Positions 50,895 through 60,286 of a stretch of 64,000 nucleotides of DNA are shown here, piece after piece. This DNA is from an uncultured delta proteobacterium (GTDB lineage: Bacteria; Desulfobacterota; Desulfobacteria; Desulfobacterales; B30-G6). The translations under genes and the position numbers were made by a program. The stretch lies in assembly GCA_963823335.1 (NCBI GenBank), contig CAWGLD010000001.1, forward strand, positions 224,001 through 288,000, in the 5' to 3' direction. Within the stretch, counting starts at the first letter, position 1; the number at the start of each line of letters is the position of its first letter. Below the pieces are notes generated by a model. The model was not told the origin of the DNA. It ran no database searches and saw only the letters and a program-made list of their open reading frames with translations.

Positions 50895-51296
50895 CATTCG
50901 GATAGAACCGGCTTTCGTGAACGGATACGGTCAAAAATGAGACCACCGTCAGGTTCAGAACAACATACCAGAAAGGCAGATCCTCCTCGAGACCCAACCA
51001 GGACGGGATGTGTCTCTTGATGGGCAAGTGATACACTATTGTCTCGCTTTATAAATGAGACAATAGTGCCGTTATCGGATATAGCGTCCACAATAGCACA
51101 GAAACCTGATGGCACAGACGTCGTATCGACAACTTGCGGTTTTTTAAGCCGTGCTTATGGTGTGAGCAATTGGATATATTGATGATAGCCTGACACCCGA
51201 CAAAGACCAAGTCTGTTGTACGTTCGACCTAACAGACTTTTCCGTAAGGTTCAGGGTGCAAAACCAGATTAAATATTAGAGGTACAGGAGGCGGAC

Positions 51297-52127
51297 ATGT
51301 GGGAATACACGGACAAGGTAAAAGAACATTTCATCAACCCTCGAAATGTCGGTTTCATCGATAACCCTGATGGCCTTGGTGAAGTCGGTTCACTTGCCTG
51401 CGGAGATGCCCTGAAACTGACCTTCAAACTAGGGCACGATAAAAAAATCAGTGACGCAAAATTTCAAACATTTGGCTGTGCCAGCGCCATCGCCTCATCT
51501 TCCGCTCTTACGGAAATGATTAAAGGGTTGACCCTGGAGGAAGCTGCAGACATCACCAATGACGACATCGCCCATTATCTGGGGGGACTTCCCAAGGAAA
51601 AAATGCATTGTTCCGTTATGGGCCGTGATGCCCTGGAAAAAGCCATCGCCTATTACGAGGGTGCGTCGATTGAAAAAAAAGAAGGTGAAATCGTTTGTGA
51701 ATGCTTTGGAATCACCGACATCGAAATCAGAAGGGCTGTCCAGGAAAACGGTCTCAAAACGGTTGAAGACGTAACAGACTACGTAAAAGCCGGTGGTGGG
51801 TGCGGCAACTGCCACGACCGGATCGGAGAAATCATATCCGAGGTTCGGGGAAAACCTGTTCTGGTTAAGCCCGTACCCAGAGCTTTGACCAATGTTCAGA
51901 AAATCAAAATGATTGAAGAAACCCTGGACAGGGAAATCAAACCAGCCTTGAAAAAAGATGGTGGTGATATCGAACTTGTCGATTTTGATCACAATACTGT
52001 TTTTGTGAGATTACGCGGCACCTGTTCCACATGTGCTGCATCACAGGTCACCCTGAAAAGCTATGTTGAAACCAAGCTCAAAGAGCTGGTATCTCCTGAT
52101 TTGGTGGTAAGTGAGGTGCTGCAATGA
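51297..52127 (+). CDS. nifU: Fe-S scaffold NifU (three-domain)
   Basis: CGD, FGC, KMHC; CEC..GGCG.C; C-terminal GTCSTC. Confidence 0.95.
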   Translation: MWEYTDKVKEHFINPRNVGFIDNPDGLGEVGSLACGDALKLTFKLGHDKKISDAKFQTFGCASAIASSSALTEMIKGLTLEEAADITNDDIAHYLGGLPKEKMHCSVMGRDALEKAIAYYEGASIEKKEGEIVCECFGITDIEIRRAVQENGLKTVEDVTDYVKAGGGCGNCHDRIGEIISEVRGKPVLVKPVPRALTNVQKIKMIEETLDREIKPALKKDGGDIELVDFDHNTVFVRLRGTCSTCAASQVTLKSYVETKLKELVSPDLVVSEVLQ

Positions 52128-53326
52128 ATATCATTTACGTAGACAACAATGCCACCACCAAGGTTGATCCAGCGGTTGTGGAAGCCATGATGCCTTTTTA
52201 CACCGAATATTATGGGAACCCTTCCAGTATGCATGCCTTTGGCGGAAACGTGGCCAGATCGGTCAGCAAAGCCCGGGAACAGGTGGCCTCCCTCATCAAT
52301 GCCACCCCCGAGGAAATAATTTTCACCAGTTGTGGCACCGAAAGTGATTCCACGGCCATCTGGGCCACGATTTCATCCATCCCGGACAAAAAGCACATCA
52401 TCACGTCACGGGTCGAACACCCTGCTGTTAAAAATCTGTATGAACACCTGGCCAAAAAAGGCTATAAAGTCACATTTGTACCGGTTGATCGCCAGGGCAT
52501 TCTGGATCTTGATTTTCTGTACGATCACCTCACGGAAGACACAGCGCTGGTCAGTATCATGTGGGCCAACAATGAAACCGGTGTGATATTTCCCATCGAT
52601 GAGATAGCACGGGCAGCCAAGGACAGGGGTATCGTTCTGCACACCGACGCAGTCCAGGCCGTGGGCAAGGTTCCCGTGGATGTTCAAAAAACCAGTGTCG
52701 ACCTGCTGTCGCTTTCCGGGCACAAAATCCACGCACCCAAAGGAGTGGGCGCACTCTATGTGAGAAAAGGAACCAGGTTTACCCCCTTCCTCATCGGCGG
52801 TCATCAGGAAAAAGGACGCCGCGGCGGCACTGAAAATGTCGCCACCATCGTCGGCCTCGGGAAAGCCAGTATGCTGGCCAAAGATCTTCCGAAAAATACA
52901 ATGATGGAAGTCGGACGTCTGAGGGACAGGCTCGAACAGGGTCTGGTCAGCCGCGTTCAAAATGCCATGGTCAACGGTGACACAACATCACGACTTCCGA
53001 ATACCACCAATATCAGTTTCGAATATATCGAAGGGGAGTCCATCCTCCTGATGATGAACGAACTGAACATCTGTGCATCCTCTGGATCCGCGTGTACGTC
53101 GGGATCTCTGGAGCCGTCTCATGTTCTGAGGGCCATGGGTATCCCTTTTACGGCCGCTCACGGTTCCATACGTTTCAGTCTGAGCCATTACAACACCGAG
53201 GAAGAGATGGATTTTATCATCGAAAAAATGCCGCCCATCATCGACCGGCTGCGGCAGATGTCTCCTTTCTGGAACCAGGGGAAACCTGCCGAAACCATGC
53301 TGACCGGAGCGGAATGCCCATTGTAA
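52124..53326 (+). CDS. nifS: Cysteine desulfurase NifS
   Basis: DNNATT, SGHK, SSGSACTS. Confidence 0.95.
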   Translation: MNIIYVDNNATTKVDPAVVEAMMPFYTEYYGNPSSMHAFGGNVARSVSKAREQVASLINATPEEIIFTSCGTESDSTAIWATISSIPDKKHIITSRVEHPAVKNLYEHLAKKGYKVTFVPVDRQGILDLDFLYDHLTEDTALVSIMWANNETGVIFPIDEIARAAKDRGIVLHTDAVQAVGKVPVDVQKTSVDLLSLSGHKIHAPKGVGALYVRKGTRFTPFLIGGHQEKGRRGGTENVATIVGLGKASMLAKDLPKNTMMEVGRLRDRLEQGLVSRVQNAMVNGDTTSRLPNTTNISFEYIEGESILLMMNELNICASSGSACTSGSLEPSHVLRAMGIPFTAAHGSIRFSLSHYNTEEEMDFIIEKMPPIIDRLRQMSPFWNQGKPAETMLTGAECPL

Positions 53327-53338
53327 GGAAGCATCCCC

Positions 53339-54310
53339 ATGTCGACGGAAAAACATGCCACAAGTCATGCCGGTTGTAAGATCGATGCCCAGTCATTATC
53401 GTATTACCGTGGCAGACTGCCGGAGGTTGCTGAGAAAATCATCGCCAAATGCGGGGACGATGAATGCTACAACCATATCAACTATGAGCCCATTCCGTCA
53501 AAAACGTCCGTTGTCGATATCATTCACCGATTGCGGGAAATCCTGTTTCCGGGTTACTTTACCAGAGAAAAATTAGACCCGGTAAACCTGACCTACAGCA
53601 TGGGCCAGACCGTTTCTATTCTTTTCGATCAGCTTTCAGAACAGATCTGCCACAGCATCCGGCATGACTGCTTCCGTTATGACCAGGAATGCAGCGAATG
53701 TGCTGAAAAAGGTAATGAAGTCTCCCTGGCGTTTCTGGAATCAATCCCGGAATTGCGGGAAATTCTCTCTACAGATGTTGCCGCAGCTTATGCGGGCGAT
53801 CCTGCGGCCAAAAGTTTCGATGAAATAATCTTCAGTTATCCGGGTGTATTTGCCCTGATGGTTTACAGAGTCGCGCACAAACTCCATACAATGGCTGTAC
53901 CGCTGCTGCCCCGTATTATGACCGAATATGCGCACAGTATTACCGGAATCGACATCCATCCGGGTGCCGAAATCGGCCGGGGTTTTGTCATCGACCATGG
54001 GACAGGTGTGGTCATCGGTGAAACCAGTATCATCGGCAACAATGTCCGGATCTACCAGGGGGTCACTCTGGGGGCCTTGTCCCTGCCCATGGATGCCGGG
54101 GATCGGCTGCGCGGAATCAAGCGTCACCCCACCATTGAAAACGATGTTATCATTTATTCCGGGGCGACCATTCTTGGTGGAGAAACCGTTATCGGAGCAA
54201 GATCGGTAATCGGCGGAAATGTATGGCTGACCGATTCTGTTCCCCCAGACACCAAGGTGATCATGAAAAAGCCTGAGTTGATCTACATGCCCTCCAATAA
54301 CGTGGAATAG
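53339..54310 (+). CDS. cysE: Serine O-acetyltransferase
   Basis: [30 protein letters not shown]. Confidence 0.9.
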   Translation: MSTEKHATSHAGCKIDAQSLSYYRGRLPEVAEKIIAKCGDDECYNHINYEPIPSKTSVVDIIHRLREILFPGYFTREKLDPVNLTYSMGQTVSILFDQLSEQICHSIRHDCFRYDQECSECAEKGNEVSLAFLESIPELREILSTDVAAAYAGDPAAKSFDEIIFSYPGVFALMVYRVAHKLHTMAVPLLPRIMTEYAHSITGIDIHPGAEIGRGFVIDHGTGVVIGETSIIGNNVRIYQGVTLGALSLPMDAGDRLRGIKRHPTIENDVIIYSGATILGGETVIGARSVIGGNVWLTDSVPPDTKVIMKKPELIYMPSNNVE

Positions 54311-54375
54311 TCACCCGCCGCTGCCAACATATAATACCAACTGCCGCCAAGCACCCATCACCAAAGGAGGCCAGC

Positions 54376-55296
54376 ATGAACATATTTCCTGGAATTCAAA
54401 ACACCATCGGCGCAACCCCCATGGTTCGGATAAGAAACATGACCGGCAAGTTTGACTGTGATATTCTTGCCAAACTCGAGTTTTTCAACCCGCTGGGGAG
54501 CGTCAAAGACAGGATTGCCGCAGCCATGATCGACACGGCTGAACGTGAAGGGCTCATTGGGTCCGAAACCCTTATCGTTGAACCCACCAGTGGGAATACC
54601 GGCATCGCTCTGGCATTTATCTGTGCGGCAAAAGGCTATCGGATCTGCCTTACCATGCCGGAAACCATGAGTCTTGAACGCAGGAAACTCTTGAAGCACC
54701 TGGGGGCTGAACTCGTTCTGACGCCAGGCCCCGCTGGGATGAAAGGGGCCATTCAAAAAGCCACCGAGATACTGTCCCAGACCAAAAATGCCTTCATGCC
54801 GAACCAGTTCAAGAATCCAGCCAATCCGGCAATACACAAAGAAACCACCGCCAAGGAAATATGGGACGATACAGCAGGAAGTGTGGATATTTTCGTTTCC
54901 GGCGTTGGAACCGGTGGCACCATCACCGGTGTTGCCGAAATGATCAAGCAGAAGAAACCCTCGTTCAAGGCCGTTGCGGTTGAGCCTGCTGATTCACCGA
55001 TTCTTTCCGGTGGGAAACCCGGGCCCCACAAGATACAAGGCATCGGGGCCGGATTCATCCCCGATGTTCTAAACACCTCTATTATCGACGAAATCATCAC
55101 CGTCACCAATGACGAAGCCTTTGAAACAGCCCGGAAACTTGCCAGGAAGGAAGGCATCCTGTGTGGGATATCGTCCGGAGCCGCCATGGCGGCAGCACTG
55201 AAACTGGCGCAAAGAAAAGAAACCAAAGGCAAACGGATCGTCGTGCTGCTGCCTAGTACGGGGGAGCGTTATATCAGTACCGCTCTTTTTCAGTAG
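54376..55296 (+). CDS. cysK: Cysteine synthase A
   Basis: [32 protein letters not shown]. Confidence 0.95.
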   Translation: MNIFPGIQNTIGATPMVRIRNMTGKFDCDILAKLEFFNPLGSVKDRIAAAMIDTAEREGLIGSETLIVEPTSGNTGIALAFICAAKGYRICLTMPETMSLERRKLLKHLGAELVLTPGPAGMKGAIQKATEILSQTKNAFMPNQFKNPANPAIHKETTAKEIWDDTAGSVDIFVSGVGTGGTITGVAEMIKQKKPSFKAVAVEPADSPILSGGKPGPHKIQGIGAGFIPDVLNTSIIDEIITVTNDEAFETARKLARKEGILCGISSGAAMAAALKLAQRKETKGKRIVVLLPSTGERYISTALFQ

Positions 55297-55439
55297 AAGC
55301 TATCTCAAAAAAGTTTTTTGACCCAATTTCTGTGTTGGGCCCTTGCTTCAACTCCTCGGAATACTTCAGCATGCCTGCGGGTTGAAGTTCGGACCCGCCT
55401 TGAACTTGAGCCAAAACCCTTTTTTTGAGATGGCTTCTA
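55294..55439 (-). mobile_element. MITE-like long hairpin element (copy C)
   Basis: TAGAAGCTATCTCAAAAAA / TTTTTTGAGATGGCTTCTA; reverse-oriented relative of copy B. Confidence 0.78.
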
Positions 55440-55590
55440 AATATAATCGTGTAACATTTTTATTGAGACAGGAGTGTATCATAAAGCCTGAGGATACACA
55501 TGATACGGGCAGGGAAATGCAATCATATTTCTTGGCCCTTTAGAATTCGCGCAAAACTCTCTTTGGTATGCGTAAACATCGCCACAATAC

Positions 55591-55761
55591 TAGAAGCCAT
55601 CTCAAAAATAGGAGTTTGGTTTCCCGCAAAAAGAGCGGGATCTTCATCAAAGTCAAGGCGGAATCAAGATTTAACCCACAGGAATACTGATGTATTTTGT
55701 GGAGTTGAAACGGGAGCCCAACGCAGGATTTGGGCAAAAGATATTTATGGGATAGCTTCTA
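55591..55761 (+). mobile_element. MITE-like long hairpin element (copy D)
   Basis: TAGAAGCCATCTCAAAAATA / TATTTATGGGATAGCTTCTA; AAGGC...AACGCA. Confidence 0.75.
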
Positions 55762-55860
55762 CAAGGTTCGTTGTTCCCCGAACTCCTTGGGCGATGTTAT
55801 CACCCAGTCCACCGATTCAGTTGATGGTTTTACCAAAAAAAACGCCTGAAAGTCATTCTC

Positions 55861-55876
55861 TGGCACGTATCTTGAT
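55861..55876 (+). promoter_or_regulatory. Sigma-54-like promoter for the dfx cluster
   Basis: TGGCACGTATCTTGAT (GG-N10-GA). Confidence 0.5.
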
Positions 55877-56032
55877 AGATTAACCCAATGACACCCGTTC
55901 AGACAGGCGTGGTTGGTCGGCAATTATTATTTTTCCAGAAATGCTGGTATGAGAACGTAAATAGACAGACGCTGTGAAACCTCACAGCTCATTTGGAATA
56001 ACACCCAACTTTCAGCCGGAGTCATAGGATTC

Positions 56033-56248
56033 GTGAAACCTTGTGACAACAACTTAAAAAAGACCATTCATCTCACCGATGAAATGATTAAACTGGCAAA
56101 CACAGGTGATGCCGAAAGAGAAGACACCGGCTGCGGAATTCTCTATGGTATCATGCGTGACGCGGCCTACAAGATTCAAAAACTGGCCGAAACCGAGCGT
56201 GAAAAACATATTAAAAAAGGATGGTGGCACCAGGATCGTGAACCATAA
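56033..56248 (+). CDS. Hypothetical protein (71 aa), first gene of the oxidative-stress cluster
   Basis: GTG start after AGGA; D.GCGILYG.MRD motif. Confidence 0.7.
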   Translation: MKPCDNNLKKTIHLTDEMIKLANTGDAEREDTGCGILYGIMRDAAYKIQKLAETEREKHIKKGWWHQDREP

Positions 56249-56277
56249 CACCAAGACAACTAAAAGGAGAAATTAAA

Positions 56278-56652
56278 ATGGCAGAAAGAGCTGAAGTCTA
56301 CAAGTGTGATCTTTGTGGTAACATTGTACAGGTAATGCATGGTGGTGCAGGTGAATTGGTCTGCTGCGGACAAGCCATGGTCTGTCTCAAAGCAAACACG
56401 GTTGATGCAGCAAAGGAAAAGCATGTACCGGTGGTCGAAAAAGTTGATGGGGGTGTAAAGGTGAAAGTCGGTGACGTTCCCCATCCCATGGAAGCGAAAC
56501 ATTATATTGAATGGATCGAAGTAATTGCAAACGGCAAATCCTATGTTCAGTTTCTGAACGATGGTGACAAGCCCGAAGCTGTTTTCAACCTGGACGCAAC
56601 TGCAGTGGCAGCACGTGCTTACTGCAACCTGCACGGACTTTGGAAAGGATAA
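56278..56652 (+). CDS. dfx: Desulfoferrodoxin (superoxide reductase)
   Basis: CDLCGN..CCG, EKHVP, HPM..HYI, CNLH. Confidence 0.96.
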   Translation: MAERAEVYKCDLCGNIVQVMHGGAGELVCCGQAMVCLKANTVDAAKEKHVPVVEKVDGGVKVKVGDVPHPMEAKHYIEWIEVIANGKSYVQFLNDGDKPEAVFNLDATAVAARAYCNLHGLWKG

Positions 56653-56658
56653 TGAAAC

Positions 56659-57174
56659 ATGTTGACAGAGAAAGTTCAAGATGCTCTTAATAATCAATTT
56701 AATGCTGAGCTATATTCTTCCTACCTCTATCTTTCCATGCATGCCTATTTCAAATCCCTCAACCTGGACGGATTTGCAAACTGGATGTATCAGCAGGCAA
56801 AAGAAGAACTCATACATGCAATGAAATTTTATAATTTCGTCAACCAGAGAGGTGGCAGGGCAAAAACAGCCTCCATTGCCGAGCCCCCTTCTGGGTGGGA
56901 TTCGCCGCTGAACGTATTCGAGGAAACCCTTTCGCATGAGCAAAAGGTTACCGCCCTGATTAACGATCTGGTTGAAATTGCAAACGAAGCACATGACCAC
57001 GCGACCCAGATTTTTTTGCAGTGGTTCGTGACGGAACAGGTGGAAGAAGAAGAAAATGCCGGTGGCGTTCTTGAACAGTTGAAGCTCATGCAGGGTCATG
57101 CCGGCGGGATTTTTTTGATTGACCGCGAACTGGCAAAACGAATCAGCCCCACAGGATTGACTGAACTGGAGTGA
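56659..57174 (+). CDS. ftn: Non-haem ferritin
   Basis: ELYSSYLY, EE..H, FLQWFV.EQ.EEE. Confidence 0.95.
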   Translation: MLTEKVQDALNNQFNAELYSSYLYLSMHAYFKSLNLDGFANWMYQQAKEELIHAMKFYNFVNQRGGRAKTASIAEPPSGWDSPLNVFEETLSHEQKVTALINDLVEIANEAHDHATQIFLQWFVTEQVEEEENAGGVLEQLKLMQGHAGGIFLIDRELAKRISPTGLTELE

Positions 57175-57260
57175 CACTTGCAGTAATAAGCTGTTAGCTG
57201 TAAGCGCCAAGATCGCTTATAGCTAATAGCTGAGGACTGATAAAAAAGGAGGAGATCCAT

Positions 57261-57416
57261 ATGACTAGTTGGAAATGTTCAAAATGTGGATACACGTTCG
57301 AATCCGACACTCACCCGAATGAATGCCCGTCATGCAGAGAAAAATGTGAGTTTCTGGACAACACGTGTTATACGCCCGATTGCCAGTACGATGGAACAGA
57401 CAAACGGATCGGATAA
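57261..57416 (+). CDS. Small rubredoxin-like protein (51 aa)
   Basis: Manual translation MTSWKCSKCGYTFESDTHPNECPSCREKCEFLDNTCYTPDCQYDGTDKRIG; AGGAGG RBS. Confidence 0.85.
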   Translation: MTSWKCSKCGYTFESDTHPNECPSCREKCEFLDNTCYTPDCQYDGTDKRIG

Positions 57417-57590
57417 CCGGAGGGTTCAAGGGGCCTAGGGTGATACAAGGGTTCGAGGGTGGCTGACAGCCGTGAGCGGATAGCGGAATTCCAGCTTCCG
57501 AGCATCCTAGCGTTCCAGCATAACATTACTAAATAAGCGGCTTTGCCGCGTTTGATAAAATTGTGAAACAATTTTCTTTGGAGAACTGAA

Positions 57591-58022
57591 ATGGGAAAAG
57601 TACTCGTGGTTTTTGCCACACGAACCGGAGAAACTGGACAGATCGCAAACCTCATTGCCGAGGGAATCCGTATGGAGGGCAGTGAGGCCATTGTAAAAGA
57701 CGTCAAAGAAGTTAAAACCGAAGTGGATCTCCAGGGGTATGACGGATATGTTTTCGGGTCCGCAACCTACCACGGTGACATGATGCAGGGGATGAAAACC
57801 ATGCTCTTCCTTGCAGAAAAGGCAGGACTTGATAACAAGGTCGGTGGCTCCTTCGGTGCATTCGGCTGGAGCGGTGAAGCACCGGAAAGGATTTTTGGAA
57901 CCATGGAAAACGTCTTTCATATGGATATGGTTTCAGGACCCATGCGCTTGAAAAACAGCACCCTGGGGGGTGGCGTTCAGATGGCACAGGATTATGGAAA
58001 GCAGATAGCTTCCAAATTATAA
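57591..58022 (+). CDS. Flavodoxin (FprA C-terminal type)
   Basis: FATRTGET, GSATY, FGAFGWSGEA. Confidence 0.88.
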   Translation: MGKVLVVFATRTGETGQIANLIAEGIRMEGSEAIVKDVKEVKTEVDLQGYDGYVFGSATYHGDMMQGMKTMLFLAEKAGLDNKVGGSFGAFGWSGEAPERIFGTMENVFHMDMVSGPMRLKNSTLGGGVQMAQDYGKQIASKL

Positions 58023-58097
58023 AATACAACCCATAAGCAACTTCAACCGACGGGTACAGCGGAAGAAGAAGCGACAAACCAGAACCAGGAGGTGACC

Positions 58098-58283
58098 ATG
58101 TCCACACCACAGCATTGTCCGGGCTATGAACAGTTCAAGAGCCTGAAATCGTTTGAGTGCAAATGCCCGTCCTGCGGAAAAACCAAAGAAATTTTTTCGG
58201 ATGAATTCGATAAAACCCATCGCTGTCAGGGCTGCGGCAAGGAGATTGATTTCAACCAATGTACCCTGTCAGGCGGCAATTAG
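58098..58283 (+). CDS. Small zinc-ribbon protein
   Basis: AGGAGG RBS; HCPG, CPSCG..EIFSDE..CQGCG. Confidence 0.75.
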   Translation: MSTPQHCPGYEQFKSLKSFECKCPSCGKTKEIFSDEFDKTHRCQGCGKEIDFNQCTLSGGN

Positions 58284-58410
58284 ATCTGTCGCTGAAATTC
58301 ATCGAAAGGGACAGGCGTCTCTTTTTTGCCCTGAACCTGCAAACCGGAATCTCAACCCCGCTCTGCAATGGTGTCTTCGACAGGCAGCGGGGATCATACA
58401 GGAGTGGCTG

Positions 58411-58752
58411 ATGCTCAAAATAAAGTGGGTAATCGCTATTGTTCTCAGTGTGTTCTTTTCAACCATGGGCCTGGCTGTAGAAAACAAAGGGGCTGAAAAG
58501 TTACAGATCGATGGTGGTTCCAGGGGCGCGGTTCCTTTCACGCACCGCACCCATCAAGACAGGCTTGGAGACTGCAATGTCTGTCACGCCATGTTTCCAC
58601 AAGAATCACAATCTCTGGCCAAACTTAAGGAGAGCGGGCAACTGAAGCCCAAGGATGTCATGAACAAGCTGTGCGTCAAGTGCCACAAGGCGGAAAAAAA
58701 TGCAGGCAACAAAGCCGGCCCAACGACATGCTCTCAATGTCATATAAAATAA
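58411..58752 (+). CDS. Periplasmic trihaem cytochrome c (c3/c7 family)
   Basis: Signal peptide, F.H..H, CNVCH, CVKCH, CSQCH. Confidence 0.88.
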   Translation: MLKIKWVIAIVLSVFFSTMGLAVENKGAEKLQIDGGSRGAVPFTHRTHQDRLGDCNVCHAMFPQESQSLAKLKESGQLKPKDVMNKLCVKCHKAEKNAGNKAGPTTCSQCHIK

Positions 58753-58781
58753 TGCTTTAATTAAAACGGTGGATAGTTTCC

Positions 58782-59753
58782 ATGCTGGTGTTAGGTCTAC
58801 AGGGAAGCCCAAAAAAGAACGGCAGTTCCGACTATCTTTTAACACACTTCCTGAGGGAAGTCGAAAAGATGGGTGTCGAAGTTCAAATGCTTGATGTTAC
58901 CCGCATGAACATCCGACCCTGCATCGGTTGCGGTCATTGTGAAAAAAAGGGTTTTTGTGTCATCGATGACGACGACATGCTTGCGTCCATCTACCCACTC
59001 CTGCGAAAAGCCCAGGTGGTGGTTGCTGCGTCACCTGTATTCTTTTACAGCGTGACATCCCAGTTGAAGGCACTCATCGACAGAACACAAACTCTCTGGT
59101 CACGCAAATACCGTTTGCGGTTGTCCGACCCTCTGTCAACGACCCGTAAGGGAATTTTTCTCTCCATGGGCGGCAGTCGTGGCAAAAAGCTCTTTGACGG
59201 TATCCATCTGGTAGCGTCCTATTTTTTTGATGCCATTGACGCACATGTCAGCGGTAACCTGGCCTACCCAGGTATCGAAACCGTCGACGATTTTCAAAAA
59301 ATGCCGGATCTGAACATGGAAATTTCCGAGACCGCCCATGCATTGATGTCATCCCTGCTCGAACGCAAACGATTATTGTTCCTCGGCAAACACGACGACA
59401 TCAGGATCCAGATGGCCGGTGCCCTGACTCAGTATCACGCCGGAAACAGGTTTCATGTGCTGACATCCGGAAATGAACCTGCCCAGGCATTTCATCCAGG
59501 TGTCGTGGAGGCCATGGCAGAGACAGGAATAGACCTGGCATTTCTTCGGCCCCAACCTCCAACCAGCGCTATCCAGGAATATCGTCCGGATATCATTGTT
59601 GCCATGGACAGCGATATTGAAATTCCCGTAATTCCCAATGTCATGACATCGGTTTGGAACCTGCCTGATCCCAGGCACGCGTCTTCTGAATTAATTGTGA
59701 AACTTCGTGAGCAGATACGTGAAAACGTCACCAGAATGACAACAGACAGATAG
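58782..59753 (+). CDS. Iron-sulfur flavoprotein / FMN reductase fused to a degenerate LMW-PTP/ArsC-like domain
   Basis: GSP, CIGCGHC..C, SPVFF, KALIDR; the C-terminal part resembles ArsC (QMA, SG.EPA, AM.E.GID, W.LPDP). Confidence 0.8.
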   Translation: MLVLGLQGSPKKNGSSDYLLTHFLREVEKMGVEVQMLDVTRMNIRPCIGCGHCEKKGFCVIDDDDMLASIYPLLRKAQVVVAASPVFFYSVTSQLKALIDRTQTLWSRKYRLRLSDPLSTTRKGIFLSMGGSRGKKLFDGIHLVASYFFDAIDAHVSGNLAYPGIETVDDFQKMPDLNMEISETAHALMSSLLERKRLLFLGKHDDIRIQMAGALTQYHAGNRFHVLTSGNEPAQAFHPGVVEAMAETGIDLAFLRPQPPTSAIQEYRPDIIVAMDSDIEIPVIPNVMTSVWNLPDPRHASSELIVKLREQIRENVTRMTTDR

Positions 59754-59765
59754 AAGGAGGTTAGC

Positions 59766-59972
59766 ATGGCAAACCCGGAAGAGATGTACCAGTGCCAAAC
59801 CGTCAACTGCGGGTATATCTACAATCCCGACAAGGGAGATCGAAAAGGCAAGATTCCTAAGGGAACTCAGTTTAAGGACCTTCCGGAGGACTGGAAATGT
59901 CCGGTCTGTGGCGCAGGCAAGAAAATGTTCAAACCTCTTGTGGGACCGGGGTCCGCGCTTGAAAATGCTTAG
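59766..59972 (+). CDS. Rubredoxin (CxxxxC type)
   Basis: CQTVNCGYIY...LPEDWKCPVCG. Confidence 0.9.
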   Translation: MANPEEMYQCQTVNCGYIYNPDKGDRKGKIPKGTQFKDLPEDWKCPVCGAGKKMFKPLVGPGSALENA

Positions 59973-60124
59973 CACCAATATTTAGTAGGTACCCAGGTCC
60001 AAAGGACCAGGTTTTAAATGACGTAATAAAACTTAACGACCCCAACTTGATAAAAAATGACGTTTGGTCTATAAATTGGACCTGTGAGATGATGTTTTGA
60101 ACCCCAACGATAAAGGAGAAAAAA

Positions 60125-60286
60125 ATGGATAAGTATGTATGTACGCTTTGTGGTTATGTCTATGATCCTGCCGAAGGAGATCCAGACAACGGTGTCGCAG
60201 CCGGAACAAAATGGGAAGATGTGCCGGGTGATTGGGAATGTCCGGTTTGTGGTGCAAGCAAAGATGATTTTGAGAAGGAATCATAA
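60125..60286 (+). CDS. rd: Rubredoxin (53 aa)
   Basis: Manual translation [53 protein letters not shown]; missed by the ORF track. Confidence 0.96.
   Translation: MDKYVCTLCGYVYDPAEGDPDNGVAAGTKWEDVPGDWECPVCGASKDDFEKES

Noticed and set aside
51070-51290. SAM-I riboswitch upstream of the cysteine/Fe-S genes
   Set aside because: Core ATC.AGAG, GAGGGA and GCAACC elements are not found in the required order.
55343-55883. Short ORFs in the cysK-dfx gap (also 35782-35988, 14628-14861, 23378-23614)
   Set aside because: They are translations of hairpin or repeat elements and promoter DNA.
58153-58410. N-terminal extension of the cytochrome c (likewise for rnfD, acuI, metF and the TIGR01777 gene)
   Set aside because: Downstream ATGs with an RBS, signal peptide or family-typical N-terminus fit better.
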